The translations under genes and the position numbers were made by a program. A model generated the notes under the pieces. That model saw nothing but the letters and a program-made list of their open reading frames with translations. It was not told the origin of the DNA and did not search any database. Source: Trueperaceae bacterium (GTDB lineage Bacteria; Deinococcota; Deinococci; Deinococcales; Trueperaceae). Taken from it: a stretch of 64,000 nt of DNA. This document shows positions 31,380 through 39,155 of this stretch, one piece after another. Each line of letters opens with the position of its first letter. The stretch's first letter is position 1. The stretch is taken from positions 32,001-96,000 of the forward strand of contig DASSXV010000044.1 in NCBI GenBank assembly GCA_035703635.1, given 5' to 3'.

Positions 31380-33626
31380 GTGTTGGAAGCCGACCTGCTA
31401 GCCCCCCTCAACGAAGAGCAACGGAGCGCCGTCGTGCACCTAGAGGGTCCCGCGCTCGTGCTGGCTGGCGCTGGTTCGGGCAAGACGCGCACTGTCGTGC
31501 ACCGCATCGCTTACCTCCTTAGTCACCACGGCGTGCTACCGCAACAGGTCCTCGCCGTCACCTTCACGAACAAGGCAGCTGGCGAGTTGAGGGAGCGCGT
31601 TCAGGAACTCATCGGCCCGCCCGGCCGCGACCTGTGGGTCAGCACCTTCCACAGCGCCTGCCTGAGGGTGCTGCGCACCTACGGGGAGCGTATCGGCCTC
31701 AAACCCGGTTTCGCCATCTACGACGACGGTGACCAGCTTGACATCCTCAAGGACATCCTCGGCACCGTGAACGGCCTGACAGAGGCCAACCCACGCGCGC
31801 TGCGCTCCGTCATCGACCGCGCCAAGTCCAACTTGTGGACGTCGGAGACTTTCGCCAGCGAGGGGCAACGCGTGTGGGGGCCGCTCGTCTCAGGCTTGCC
31901 TATCGAGTTGATCGCCGAGGTCTACCAGCGCTACCAAGCGCGCCTTGCTGCCGCGAACGCCGTCGATTTCAACGACATCCTCGGCCGCACCGTCGAGCTC
32001 TTCGACGAGCACCCGGACACGCTCGAGCGCGTGCAGCAACGCGCCGTCTTCATTCACGTCGACGAGTATCAGGACACCAACGCCGCGCAGTACCGCCTCA
32101 CCAACCAGTTGGCGAGCACGTACGAGAACCTCATGGTGGTAGGCGACCCTGACCAGAGCATCTACGCCTTCCGCGGCGCGGACGTGCGCAACATCCTCGA
32201 CTTCAGGGCAGATCACCCAGCCGCCGCCGTCTACCGTCTCGAGCTCAACTACCGCTCAGTCGGCAGCGTGCTCAAGGTCGCCAACGCCATCATCGGCCAC
32301 AACAAGGGCCGCATCGAGAAGAGCCTGAGGCCGGTCAAGGGTGAGGGCGAGCAGGTGCGCATCTACCGCGCCGCGGACCACCGCGCTGAGGCCGACTTCG
32401 TGGCGCGCACCATCGAGCGCATTCGAGCGGAGCGCGACTTGCCTTTCGAGGCGTTCGCCGTCCTGTACCGCACGAACTCACAGTCGCGCGTCATGGAAGA
32501 GGCGCTGCGGCGTGCGTCCATCCCAGGCCGCATCGTAGGTGGCGTCGGCTTCTACGACCGGCGTGAGGTCAAGGACGTGTTGGCGTACGCCCGCGCCGCG
32601 CTCAACCCCGCGGACGACGTGGCGTGGCGCCGCGTACTCAACCGGCCCAAGCGTGGCATCGGCAACACCAGCGAGGAGCGGCTGGTGGCGTGGGCAGTGC
32701 GCAACGGGCGACCGTTCTCGGCCGCATGCAGGGAAGCCAACGACATCCTAGCTGGCACTCCCGGCGCCAAGCGGGTCGCCGACTTCGTGCAGCTCATGGA
32801 CGACCTCGCTGCCGCCGCGGACGAGCTGCCCGCCGCGAACTTCCTCAAGTTCGTCTACGACGCCTCCGGTTACATCACGGCCCTCAAGACCGAGGGCACG
32901 CATGAGTCAGAGGGCCGCATCGAGAACCTCGAGGAGCTCCTCTCGGCCATCACTGAGTGGCAGGAAGAGCAAGGCGGCTCCATCGCCGACTTCCTAGACG
33001 AGGCCGCGCTGCTTGGCAGCAACGACGACCGCGCCGTCGAAGCCGTCAACGGCGAGAAGGTCGACGACGCCGTCACCCTCATGACGCTCCACAACGCCAA
33101 GGGGCTCGAGTTTCCCGTCGTGTTCCTCGTCGGCATGGAGGAGGGACTCATCCCGCACCGTAGCTCCACCGGCTCACTGCCAGAGATCGAGGAGGAGCGG
33201 CGGCTGCTTTACGTCGGCGTTACCCGCGCTCAAGAGGAGCTCTACCTAGTCCATTGCGAGGCGCGCATGACTTTCGGCCGCACCGAGCCGGCGCGTCCGA
33301 GTCGTTTCCTGGAGGACATCCCGCGCGACATGCTGATGGAGACGGATGTCTTCGGTCAGCAGTTCGCTGGCGCGCTCGCGGCCAGCAAGTTCTCGCGCGA
33401 CGTCTGGAAACCGCCGACGGCCCCAGCCGCCGCCGACGCTGGCGGTGCGGGCGCCAAGGGCGGACTCACCCTGCGTGGCGGTGAGCGCGTCAAGCACCCC
33501 AAGTTCGGCGTCGGCACCGTCGTCGGCGTAAGCGGCGAGGGCGCACGCGCCGAGGTGACCGTCGTCTTCGAGAGCGCGGGCGCCAAGCGCCTCCTCGTCA
33601 AGTTCGCCGGCCTCTCCCCAGCCTGA
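31380..33626 (+). CDS. uvrD: UvrD/PcrA ATP-dependent DNA helicase
   Basis: AGAGSGKT, TFTNKAA, VDEYQDTN, GDPDQSIY, TLHNAKGLEF, EERRLLYVGVTRA, C-terminal HPKFG Tudor-like domain. Confidence 0.96.
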   Translation: MLEADLLAPLNEEQRSAVVHLEGPALVLAGAGSGKTRTVVHRIAYLLSHHGVLPQQVLAVTFTNKAAGELRERVQELIGPPGRDLWVSTFHSACLRVLRTYGERIGLKPGFAIYDDGDQLDILKDILGTVNGLTEANPRALRSVIDRAKSNLWTSETFASEGQRVWGPLVSGLPIELIAEVYQRYQARLAAANAVDFNDILGRTVELFDEHPDTLERVQQRAVFIHVDEYQDTNAAQYRLTNQLASTYENLMVVGDPDQSIYAFRGADVRNILDFRADHPAAAVYRLELNYRSVGSVLKVANAIIGHNKGRIEKSLRPVKGEGEQVRIYRAADHRAEADFVARTIERIRAERDLPFEAFAVLYRTNSQSRVMEEALRRASIPGRIVGGVGFYDRREVKDVLAYARAALNPADDVAWRRVLNRPKRGIGNTSEERLVAWAVRNGRPFSAACREANDILAGTPGAKRVADFVQLMDDLAAAADELPAANFLKFVYDASGYITALKTEGTHESEGRIENLEELLSAITEWQEEQGGSIADFLDEAALLGSNDDRAVEAVNGEKVDDAVTLMTLHNAKGLEFPVVFLVGMEEGLIPHRSSTGSLPEIEEERRLLYVGVTRAQEELYLVHCEARMTFGRTEPARPSRFLEDIPRDMLMETDVFGQQFAGALAASKFSRDVWKPPTAPAAADAGGAGAKGGLTLRGGERVKHPKFGVGTVVGVSGEGARAEVTVVFESAGAKRLLVKFAGLSPA

Positions 33627-33732
33627 TGCCTGCGCCATGCGAGCGCACGACCTCACCGGGCATTAACCTGGCGCGGCGGGAGCGGATGGTATGCTCCCCC
33701 CAGCCTAGTAACCACCCAGAAGGAGTAAGACT

Positions 33733-34542
33733 GTGAACGCGAAAGCTATCGTGGTGACGTCCGGCAAGGGCGGGGTAGGAAAAACCACCACTACCGCTAA
33801 CGTAGGAGCGGCGCTGGCGCGCTTGGGTGAGAAGGTCTGCGTCGTCGACACTGACGTCGGCCTGCGCAACCTTGACGTGGTGATGGGCTTAGAAGGTCGG
33901 GTCGTTTACGACCTCATAGACGTGTTCGAGGGCCGCTGCAAGCTCAGGCAGGCCATCATCCGCGACAAGCGCGTAGACACGCTGCACCTCCTAGCCACCT
34001 CCCAAACCCGTGACAAGTCCGCGCTGTCCGAGTCGCGCATGAAGGACGCCGTGCGCGCGCTCCTCGAAGAGGAGGGCTTCGACAGGGTGCTCATCGATAG
34101 CCCAGCAGGCATCGAGTCAGGCTTCCAGACTGCCGCCAGCGCCGCCACCGGCGCTCTCGTCGTCGTCAACCCGGAAGTCTCCAGCGTGCGTGACGCCGAC
34201 CGCATCATCGGCCTCCTCGAAGCTCGCGAGATCCCAGAGGTGCGCCTCATCGTCAACCGCCTCCGACCCGAGATGGTCAAGCGCGGCGACATGCTTGAAG
34301 TCAGCGACGTTCTCGACATCTTGGGCGTCAAGCTCATCGGCATCGTGCCTGAGGACGAACGCATCCTCATTTCCACCAACGTCGGCAACCCCGCCTCACT
34401 TGATGAGGGACCCAAGGTAGCTGCCGGCGCCGCGTTCCGCGACATCGCCAAGCGCATAAGGGGAGACGACGTGGCCTACCCCTCGTACGACCAGCCTAGC
34501 GGCTTCCTCGCCTCGCTTAGGCGCCTCTTCGGAGCGAACTGA
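33733..34542 (+). CDS. minD: Septum site-determining protein MinD
   Basis: SGKGGVGKTT, DVGLRNLD, DSPAGIE, VRDADR, C-terminal amphipathic helix GFLASLRRLFG. Extended -10 TGGTATGCT at 33687-33695. Confidence 0.97.
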   Translation: MNAKAIVVTSGKGGVGKTTTTANVGAALARLGEKVCVVDTDVGLRNLDVVMGLEGRVVYDLIDVFEGRCKLRQAIIRDKRVDTLHLLATSQTRDKSALSESRMKDAVRALLEEEGFDRVLIDSPAGIESGFQTAASAATGALVVVNPEVSSVRDADRIIGLLEAREIPEVRLIVNRLRPEMVKRGDMLEVSDVLDILGVKLIGIVPEDERILISTNVGNPASLDEGPKVAAGAAFRDIAKRIRGDDVAYPSYDQPSGFLASLRRLFGAN

Positions 34543-34781
34543 TGTTTCAAGGTCTGTTCGGTCGCCGCAAGAGCAAGGATGAACTCAAGGAGCGCCTCAA
34601 GCTCGTACTCTCATACGACCGCGCCAAGATCAGCCCGGCGAACATGGACGCCCTGAAGCGCGAGCTCGTTACGGTCATCAAGAAGTACTTCCCGTCTGAC
34701 GACGGCGACCTTGACGTCAAGGTCGAGCAGCAGGGCGACCGCGTGGTGCTGATGGCCAACTTGCCGGTACCGCGCGGCTGA
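34542..34781 (+). CDS. minE: Cell division topological specificity factor MinE
   Basis: KERLKLVLSYDR, VIKKY, ANLPV. TGATG overlap with minD. Confidence 0.95.
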   Translation: MFQGLFGRRKSKDELKERLKLVLSYDRAKISPANMDALKRELVTVIKKYFPSDDGDLDVKVEQQGDRVVLMANLPVPRG

Positions 34782-34817
34782 GGCAGCGCATACGACGCTG
34801 GGAGGTTTCGGTTCCGC

Positions 34818-35483
34818 ATGAGTGATCGCTTCGACGTCTTGCTGGTCGAGCCAGACGAGTTGCAGCGGCAACTTATCGACGTGCTCCTCAGCGATGCTCG
34901 CATTCACATAGCAGAAGTCACCACGGCCCGCGAAGCGCTCGAACACTTGCGCGGCGCAACGCCAGACCTCGCGATCGTGGCGGCGGAGTTGCCTGACCTC
35001 GACGGCTTCGCGTTAGCCACCCGCATCAAGCGCGTGGCTCGCCTCTCCGGCATGCCCATGATCGTCACGGCAGACCCTGACGCCGGTTCGGGGCTGTCAC
35101 CCCGCCTGCGTTTCCGTGGCGAGGAGGCGCACGTCGACCTCGTTCTCCCCCGCCCGCTCGGCGACAAGAACCTCAAAGAGCGTGCCATGCGCCTCATGCT
35201 CACACGCGGCGAGCCGGCGCCCAGCGTTCAAGACCGCGCGCTGCGCAGTACCGTCGCGCTTGATGAGGCCATCGAGAACCTGGGGCATCACACTCTCCCC
35301 CGCTCCACGGCGGCCGACACGATCGCGGAGCCAGCTAGCCCGGCCCGCGCTCACCTACAGCGTGCGGAGCTCAAGGCCCTGGAGCGCGAGAACCTAGCGT
35401 TGAGACGCGAGAACGAAGAGTTGCGCGCCACCATTGCCCAACTCAAGCGCCAACTTCCCGGCGGCAGGAACACGCGCAGCTGA
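34818..35483 (+). CDS. Atypical (pseudo)receiver-domain protein with C-terminal coiled coil
   Basis: CheY-like pattern (VLLVE, PDLAIV, LPDLDG) with the phosphoacceptor Asp replaced by Ala. Heptad Leu tail LERENLALRRENEEL. Confidence 0.8.
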   Translation: MSDRFDVLLVEPDELQRQLIDVLLSDARIHIAEVTTAREALEHLRGATPDLAIVAAELPDLDGFALATRIKRVARLSGMPMIVTADPDAGSGLSPRLRFRGEEAHVDLVLPRPLGDKNLKERAMRLMLTRGEPAPSVQDRALRSTVALDEAIENLGHHTLPRSTAADTIAEPASPARAHLQRAELKALERENLALRRENEELRATIAQLKRQLPGGRNTRS

Positions 35484-35498
35484 TCGGTCGTTGAGGTT

Positions 35499-35888
35499 CT
35501 AGCTCAGGTCGTCGTGCGACGGCGTTACGAGGTGAGCGACGGCCCACTCGCGGATGGCGGCTATCACGACCTCGAGGTCCTGGCCTGAGTCCGTCAGCTC
35601 GTAACTGCAGCGCGGCAAGCCAGCGCCGTTCGACTCGTCGTGAAGGACCTCGCGGTGTATGACACCGAGCCCCTCCAAGCGCGCCAAGCGCTGAGTAAGC
35701 GTCGTTGGGTTGCAGCCACCCACCTCGCGTCCGAGTTCGTTGAACCCCTTCGGGCCTTCGAGTAGCGCGTGCACGATGTGCAGCACCCACTTCTCCTGCA
35801 AGAACTCGATGGCCGAACCGGCCGCGCACCTCCGCACCGAGCCAGACCCGCGGCTGCGCTCGACGCGCAGTTCGGAGTCTTCTCTCAT
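35499..35888 (-). CDS. HxlR family winged-helix transcription regulator
   Basis: C...AIEFLQEKW, GPKGFNEL, TLTQRLARLE, YELTDSG. Confidence 0.88.
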   Translation of the reverse strand: MREDSELRVERSRGSGSVRRCAAGSAIEFLQEKWVLHIVHALLEGPKGFNELGREVGGCNPTTLTQRLARLEGLGVIHREVLHDESNGAGLPRCSYELTDSGQDLEVVIAAIREWAVAHLVTPSHDDLS

Positions 35889-36123
35889 TGGAGCGTGGAC
35901 ACCGGTGACGCTGCGTAAGTCTCCCACTTCCGCGAGTCTATCACCGCGGCACCGCGCAAGCTTTGTCCCGGCCTACACGCTATTCCAGCGGGACGAAAGC
36001 TGGTTCTGGCTCTCGAGGTCCGGGTGGTAAGCTTAGATCCCGGGCGCTGGCGGCCGCGGCGACCACCTGCGTGACCGGGGGTACGGCGGCTAACAGGCAA
36101 CGTGTTCGCCCGAAGGGAGCTAC

Positions 36124-36657
36124 ATGAACATCTACAAGCTGATCGGTCGCAACATTGAGGTCACGGACGCCATGCGGCAGTACGCAGAGGACAAGCTCTC
36201 GCGGCTCGACCGGTACTCCGATCAGATCGTCGACGCCAGCGTGGTCATGGGGTACGACACCCACGAGAACGCAGCCAACCCGGCCAAGGTCGAGGTGCAG
36301 CTCAACCTGCCTGGCGGCATGATCCGCGCGGAAGAGCGCGCCCTAGACACGTACGCGGCCGTCGACTTGGTCGTCGCGAAGCTCGAACGGCAGCTCAAGC
36401 GCTTCAAGGGCAGGCTCATCGCTCAGCGCGGCGAGACGATCGCGCCGCCCGTCGACGAGCCGGAGGAGTACCGCCCAGCGCATGTTGCGCGCGTCAAGCG
36501 CCACGTGCTCAGGCCGATGGCTCCTGAAGACGCTGCCATTCAGATGGAGGCCCTCGGTCACGAGTTCTTCCTCTTCCGCAACGTCGAAACCGATCTCGTA
36601 AGCGTCATCTACCTACGCGACGACGGCGATTACGGCTTGATCGAGCCAGCCAGCTAA
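36124..36657 (+). CDS. hpf: Ribosome hibernation promoting factor (long HPF/RaiA)
   Basis: GRNIEVTDAMRQYA, YAAVDLVVAKLERQL, long-HPF C-domain MEALGHEFFLF...YLRDDGDYGLIEP. Confidence 0.95.
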   Translation: MNIYKLIGRNIEVTDAMRQYAEDKLSRLDRYSDQIVDASVVMGYDTHENAANPAKVEVQLNLPGGMIRAEERALDTYAAVDLVVAKLERQLKRFKGRLIAQRGETIAPPVDEPEEYRPAHVARVKRHVLRPMAPEDAAIQMEALGHEFFLFRNVETDLVSVIYLRDDGDYGLIEPAS

Positions 36658-36668
36658 GCAGCACTCAC

Positions 36669-37385
36669 TTAACCGAAGTAAGGCTCATTCGCCCGCGGCG
36701 CGCTGCGGGCGACGCTCTTCGCGAGCAGCACCCCGTAGCCGAACCCGCCAACGTGCGCCCACCACGCAACACCGCCCGCGTCTGCCACGGTCGCGCCAAG
36801 CGCCTCCGTTGCCTGGATGAGCGCCCAGTAGCCAAGGAACGCCCAGGCGGGCAGCCACGGTGCGAACCATGGGCGCTGGCGGGAGAAGAGGCGCACGATG
36901 AGCCAGGGGCCAACCAGCACCGGGATGAGCGCCTGCACGTGCTGCCGCGGGAACAGCCGCATGTAGGCGCCGAGGCACGCGCTGATGGCGCCTGAAGCGC
37001 CGACCAGGGGCGTGCGGGGGTCGCCGCCGAGTAACGCCTGCGCCGTCGCGGCCACCGCCGCGCCTCCCAGGTAGAACAGCAGGAAGCGCCAGTGGCCTAA
37101 CCTGTCCTCGACGTTGTCGCCGAACACGAGCAGGAAGATCATGTTGCCAAGCAAGTGCGCGATGCTGGCGTGCAGGAACGCGTGGGTGACGAGCGTGGGT
37201 ATGGCGCCAGCGAAGTCCACCCCGAAGCGCGCTGGAACCAGGCCGTACTCGTAGATGAAGCGCACGGCGGCGCGGCTCTCCCCTAGGCGGAGCTGGTAAG
37301 CGAATACCGCCACGTTGACGAGCGCGATGCTCCAGGCGACCACCGGCCACGACCGTCTCGGGTTGCGATCGCGCAGCGGGATCAG
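36669..37385 (-). CDS. Rhomboid family intramembrane serine protease (probable CTG start)
   Basis: FLHA..HLLGNM, GDNVED, GASGAI, VAWWAHVGGF. N-terminus (M)IPLRDRNP begins at CTG 37385. Confidence 0.9.
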   Translation of the reverse strand: MIPLRDRNPRRSWPVVAWSIALVNVAVFAYQLRLGESRAAVRFIYEYGLVPARFGVDFAGAIPTLVTHAFLHASIAHLLGNMIFLLVFGDNVEDRLGHWRFLLFYLGGAAVAATAQALLGGDPRTPLVGASGAISACLGAYMRLFPRQHVQALIPVLVGPWLIVRLFSRQRPWFAPWLPAWAFLGYWALIQATEALGATVADAGGVAWWAHVGGFGYGVLLAKSVARSAPRANEPYFG

Positions 37386-37422
37386 TTAGACGACCCCGCC
37401 AACTGCCTCGCCTGCGCCCGCC

Positions 37423-38085
37423 TCACGTGCGCCTGGCGGTCGTGATGTCCGGGCGGAACTTGACGATGCTGTCGGCCTCGATCACGCCGCGCACGGAGGC
37501 GCCGTGATAGACGATGGCCCGTGGCCCGATGACGGTGCCAGGAGCAGTGACGGCGTTGCAGCCGATACTTACGCCGTCGCCTAGCACGGCGCCGAGCTTG
37601 CGTAGTCCGGTAGCGTGGCCCGCGACCTTGATCTCATCACCGAACGTCTTGTAGTTCGCGAGCTTCACGCCTGCCCCGAGGTTGACATCATGCCCGATGA
37701 CGCTGTCGCCAACGTAGTTGAAGTGCGGGGCTTTGGATCCACCGAGGAAGAGCGAGCGCTTGACTTCAGTGGCGTGCCCGACGTGCGCGTGGGGGCCGAG
37801 CACGACCGGTCCGCGCAAGTATGCGCCGTGGCCGATCTTGGCGCCTGGGAACAGGAGTATCGGCCCCGTCAAGTAACTGTACGGGCCCACTTCTGCGCCT
37901 TCCATGACGACGAGCGGACCTTCTACGATGGCGGTTGGGTGGACCGCGCCGATCCTGAGATCCGACAGGTTTGAGCAGAAGGCGTCTAGGCGCGCCAGCG
38001 CCTCCCAGGGGAACTCGACGTCTAGGAGCGGACCGAGTTCGTCCGGAACGCGCGCGCTCTCGAACAGTTGCGCTGGCGTGAACAT
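37423..38085 (-). CDS. Left-handed beta-helix acyltransferase (GlmU acetyltransferase-like, stand-alone)
   Basis: Hexapeptide repeats, KAPHFNYVGDSVIG, NLGAG, RKLGAVLGD. No nucleotidyltransferase domain. Confidence 0.8.
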   Translation of the reverse strand: MFTPAQLFESARVPDELGPLLDVEFPWEALARLDAFCSNLSDLRIGAVHPTAIVEGPLVVMEGAEVGPYSYLTGPILLFPGAKIGHGAYLRGPVVLGPHAHVGHATEVKRSLFLGGSKAPHFNYVGDSVIGHDVNLGAGVKLANYKTFGDEIKVAGHATGLRKLGAVLGDGVSIGCNAVTAPGTVIGPRAIVYHGASVRGVIEADSIVKFRPDITTARRT

Positions 38086-38128
38086 GCCGCAAGTGTACCG
38101 CCGGACCCGGATACAATCGAGCGCGAAC

Positions 38129-39022
38129 GTGTTACATCTCATCTTCAACCCAGCAGCAGGTAAGGGCCGCGCACGCAAGGCCCTCACAGAGGCGCTCGCC
38201 TTCCTCGATGCAAGGGCGGCGCCCTACATGCTTCACACGACTTCAGGCCCTGGTCACGCTACTGAGCTGGCGGCGGCTAGCCCTCCCGGCGCAACCGTGG
38301 TGGCAATGGGCGGTGACGGCACAGCTCATGAGGTGGTCCTTGGGCTCTTGCGGCGCGGCACGCCGCACGATGTGACTGGCGACCGCACCCTTGGCGTCTT
38401 GCCGTTAGGTTCCGGAGACGACTTCGCCTACAGTCTGGGTCTCTCGCGCGACGACCTGCCTGCCGCGCTGGAGCGCCTCGTGGCGGGTGAACGCAAGCGG
38501 GTTGACCTTGGTTTCGTCAACGGCGAGCCGTTCCTGAACAGCGTCGGCACTGGCTTCGACGCCGAGGTGGCGCACCGGGTCCGCAACTCGCCGCGTTTCC
38601 TCCCCGGCCTAGCTGGCTACTTGTACTCGACTTTGGCGACCCTGGCCATCCTCGACTGCCCGCCGGTCGAGGTGTGGGTCGATGGGACGTCGGTGCACTC
38701 CGGCCCCGCCCTGCTGGTTGGAGCGCAGAACGGGCCACGCACGGGCGGCAGTTTCCTGTTCGCTCCACACGCCGTGCCGACAGATGGGCTGTTGGACGTT
38801 GTGGTGGCCAGTCGCTTGACGCACCTTGGCACCTTGCGGCTCTTGCCGTTGGTCATGCGCGGCCGCCACTTGGAGCATCCTGCCGTAGCGCTCCACCGCG
38901 GCAAGACCGTGCGAGTTCTCTGGGAGACACCGCGGCCGGGCCACGCGGACGGCGAACCGCTGCCGCTCACAACCACGTTCGACGTGAGCGTAGCGCCTGG
39001 CGCCTTGCCGGTCATCGCCTAG
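38129..39022 (+). CDS. Diacylglycerol/lipid kinase family (YegS/BmrU-like)
   Basis: NPAAG, GGDGT, LPLGSGDDFA, GTGFDA, DGLLDV, ADGE. Confidence 0.9.
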   Translation: MLHLIFNPAAGKGRARKALTEALAFLDARAAPYMLHTTSGPGHATELAAASPPGATVVAMGGDGTAHEVVLGLLRRGTPHDVTGDRTLGVLPLGSGDDFAYSLGLSRDDLPAALERLVAGERKRVDLGFVNGEPFLNSVGTGFDAEVAHRVRNSPRFLPGLAGYLYSTLATLAILDCPPVEVWVDGTSVHSGPALLVGAQNGPRTGGSFLFAPHAVPTDGLLDVVVASRLTHLGTLRLLPLVMRGRHLEHPAVALHRGKTVRVLWETPRPGHADGEPLPLTTTFDVSVAPGALPVIA

Positions 39023-39081
39023 GAACCGCAGGCTGGGGCCCCGGCGCTCTAGTCGATGGCACGTTCGTTAGCACAAACAAG

Positions 39082-39111
39082 GGTGAGGCCCCGCTTGCGC
39101 GGGGCCTCACC
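39082..39111 (-). terminator. Intrinsic terminator of slpA, likely bidirectional
   Basis: 13-bp perfect stem GGTGAGGCCCCGC with GCAA loop on the minus strand, T-rich on both sides, between convergent genes. Confidence 0.85.
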
Positions 39112-39155
39112 TTTACTCTTTGGTTCCGGCGTAAGCCGGGTTACTGCTCCGCTCC

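Noticed and set aside
31365..31381. TTATGCTCCGAACTCGT upstream of uvrD resembling the Deinococcus RDRM (DdrO box)
   Set aside because: Only the left half matches and the palindromic right arm is missing. It is explained by the -10 box TATGCT, and nothing similar precedes uvrA.
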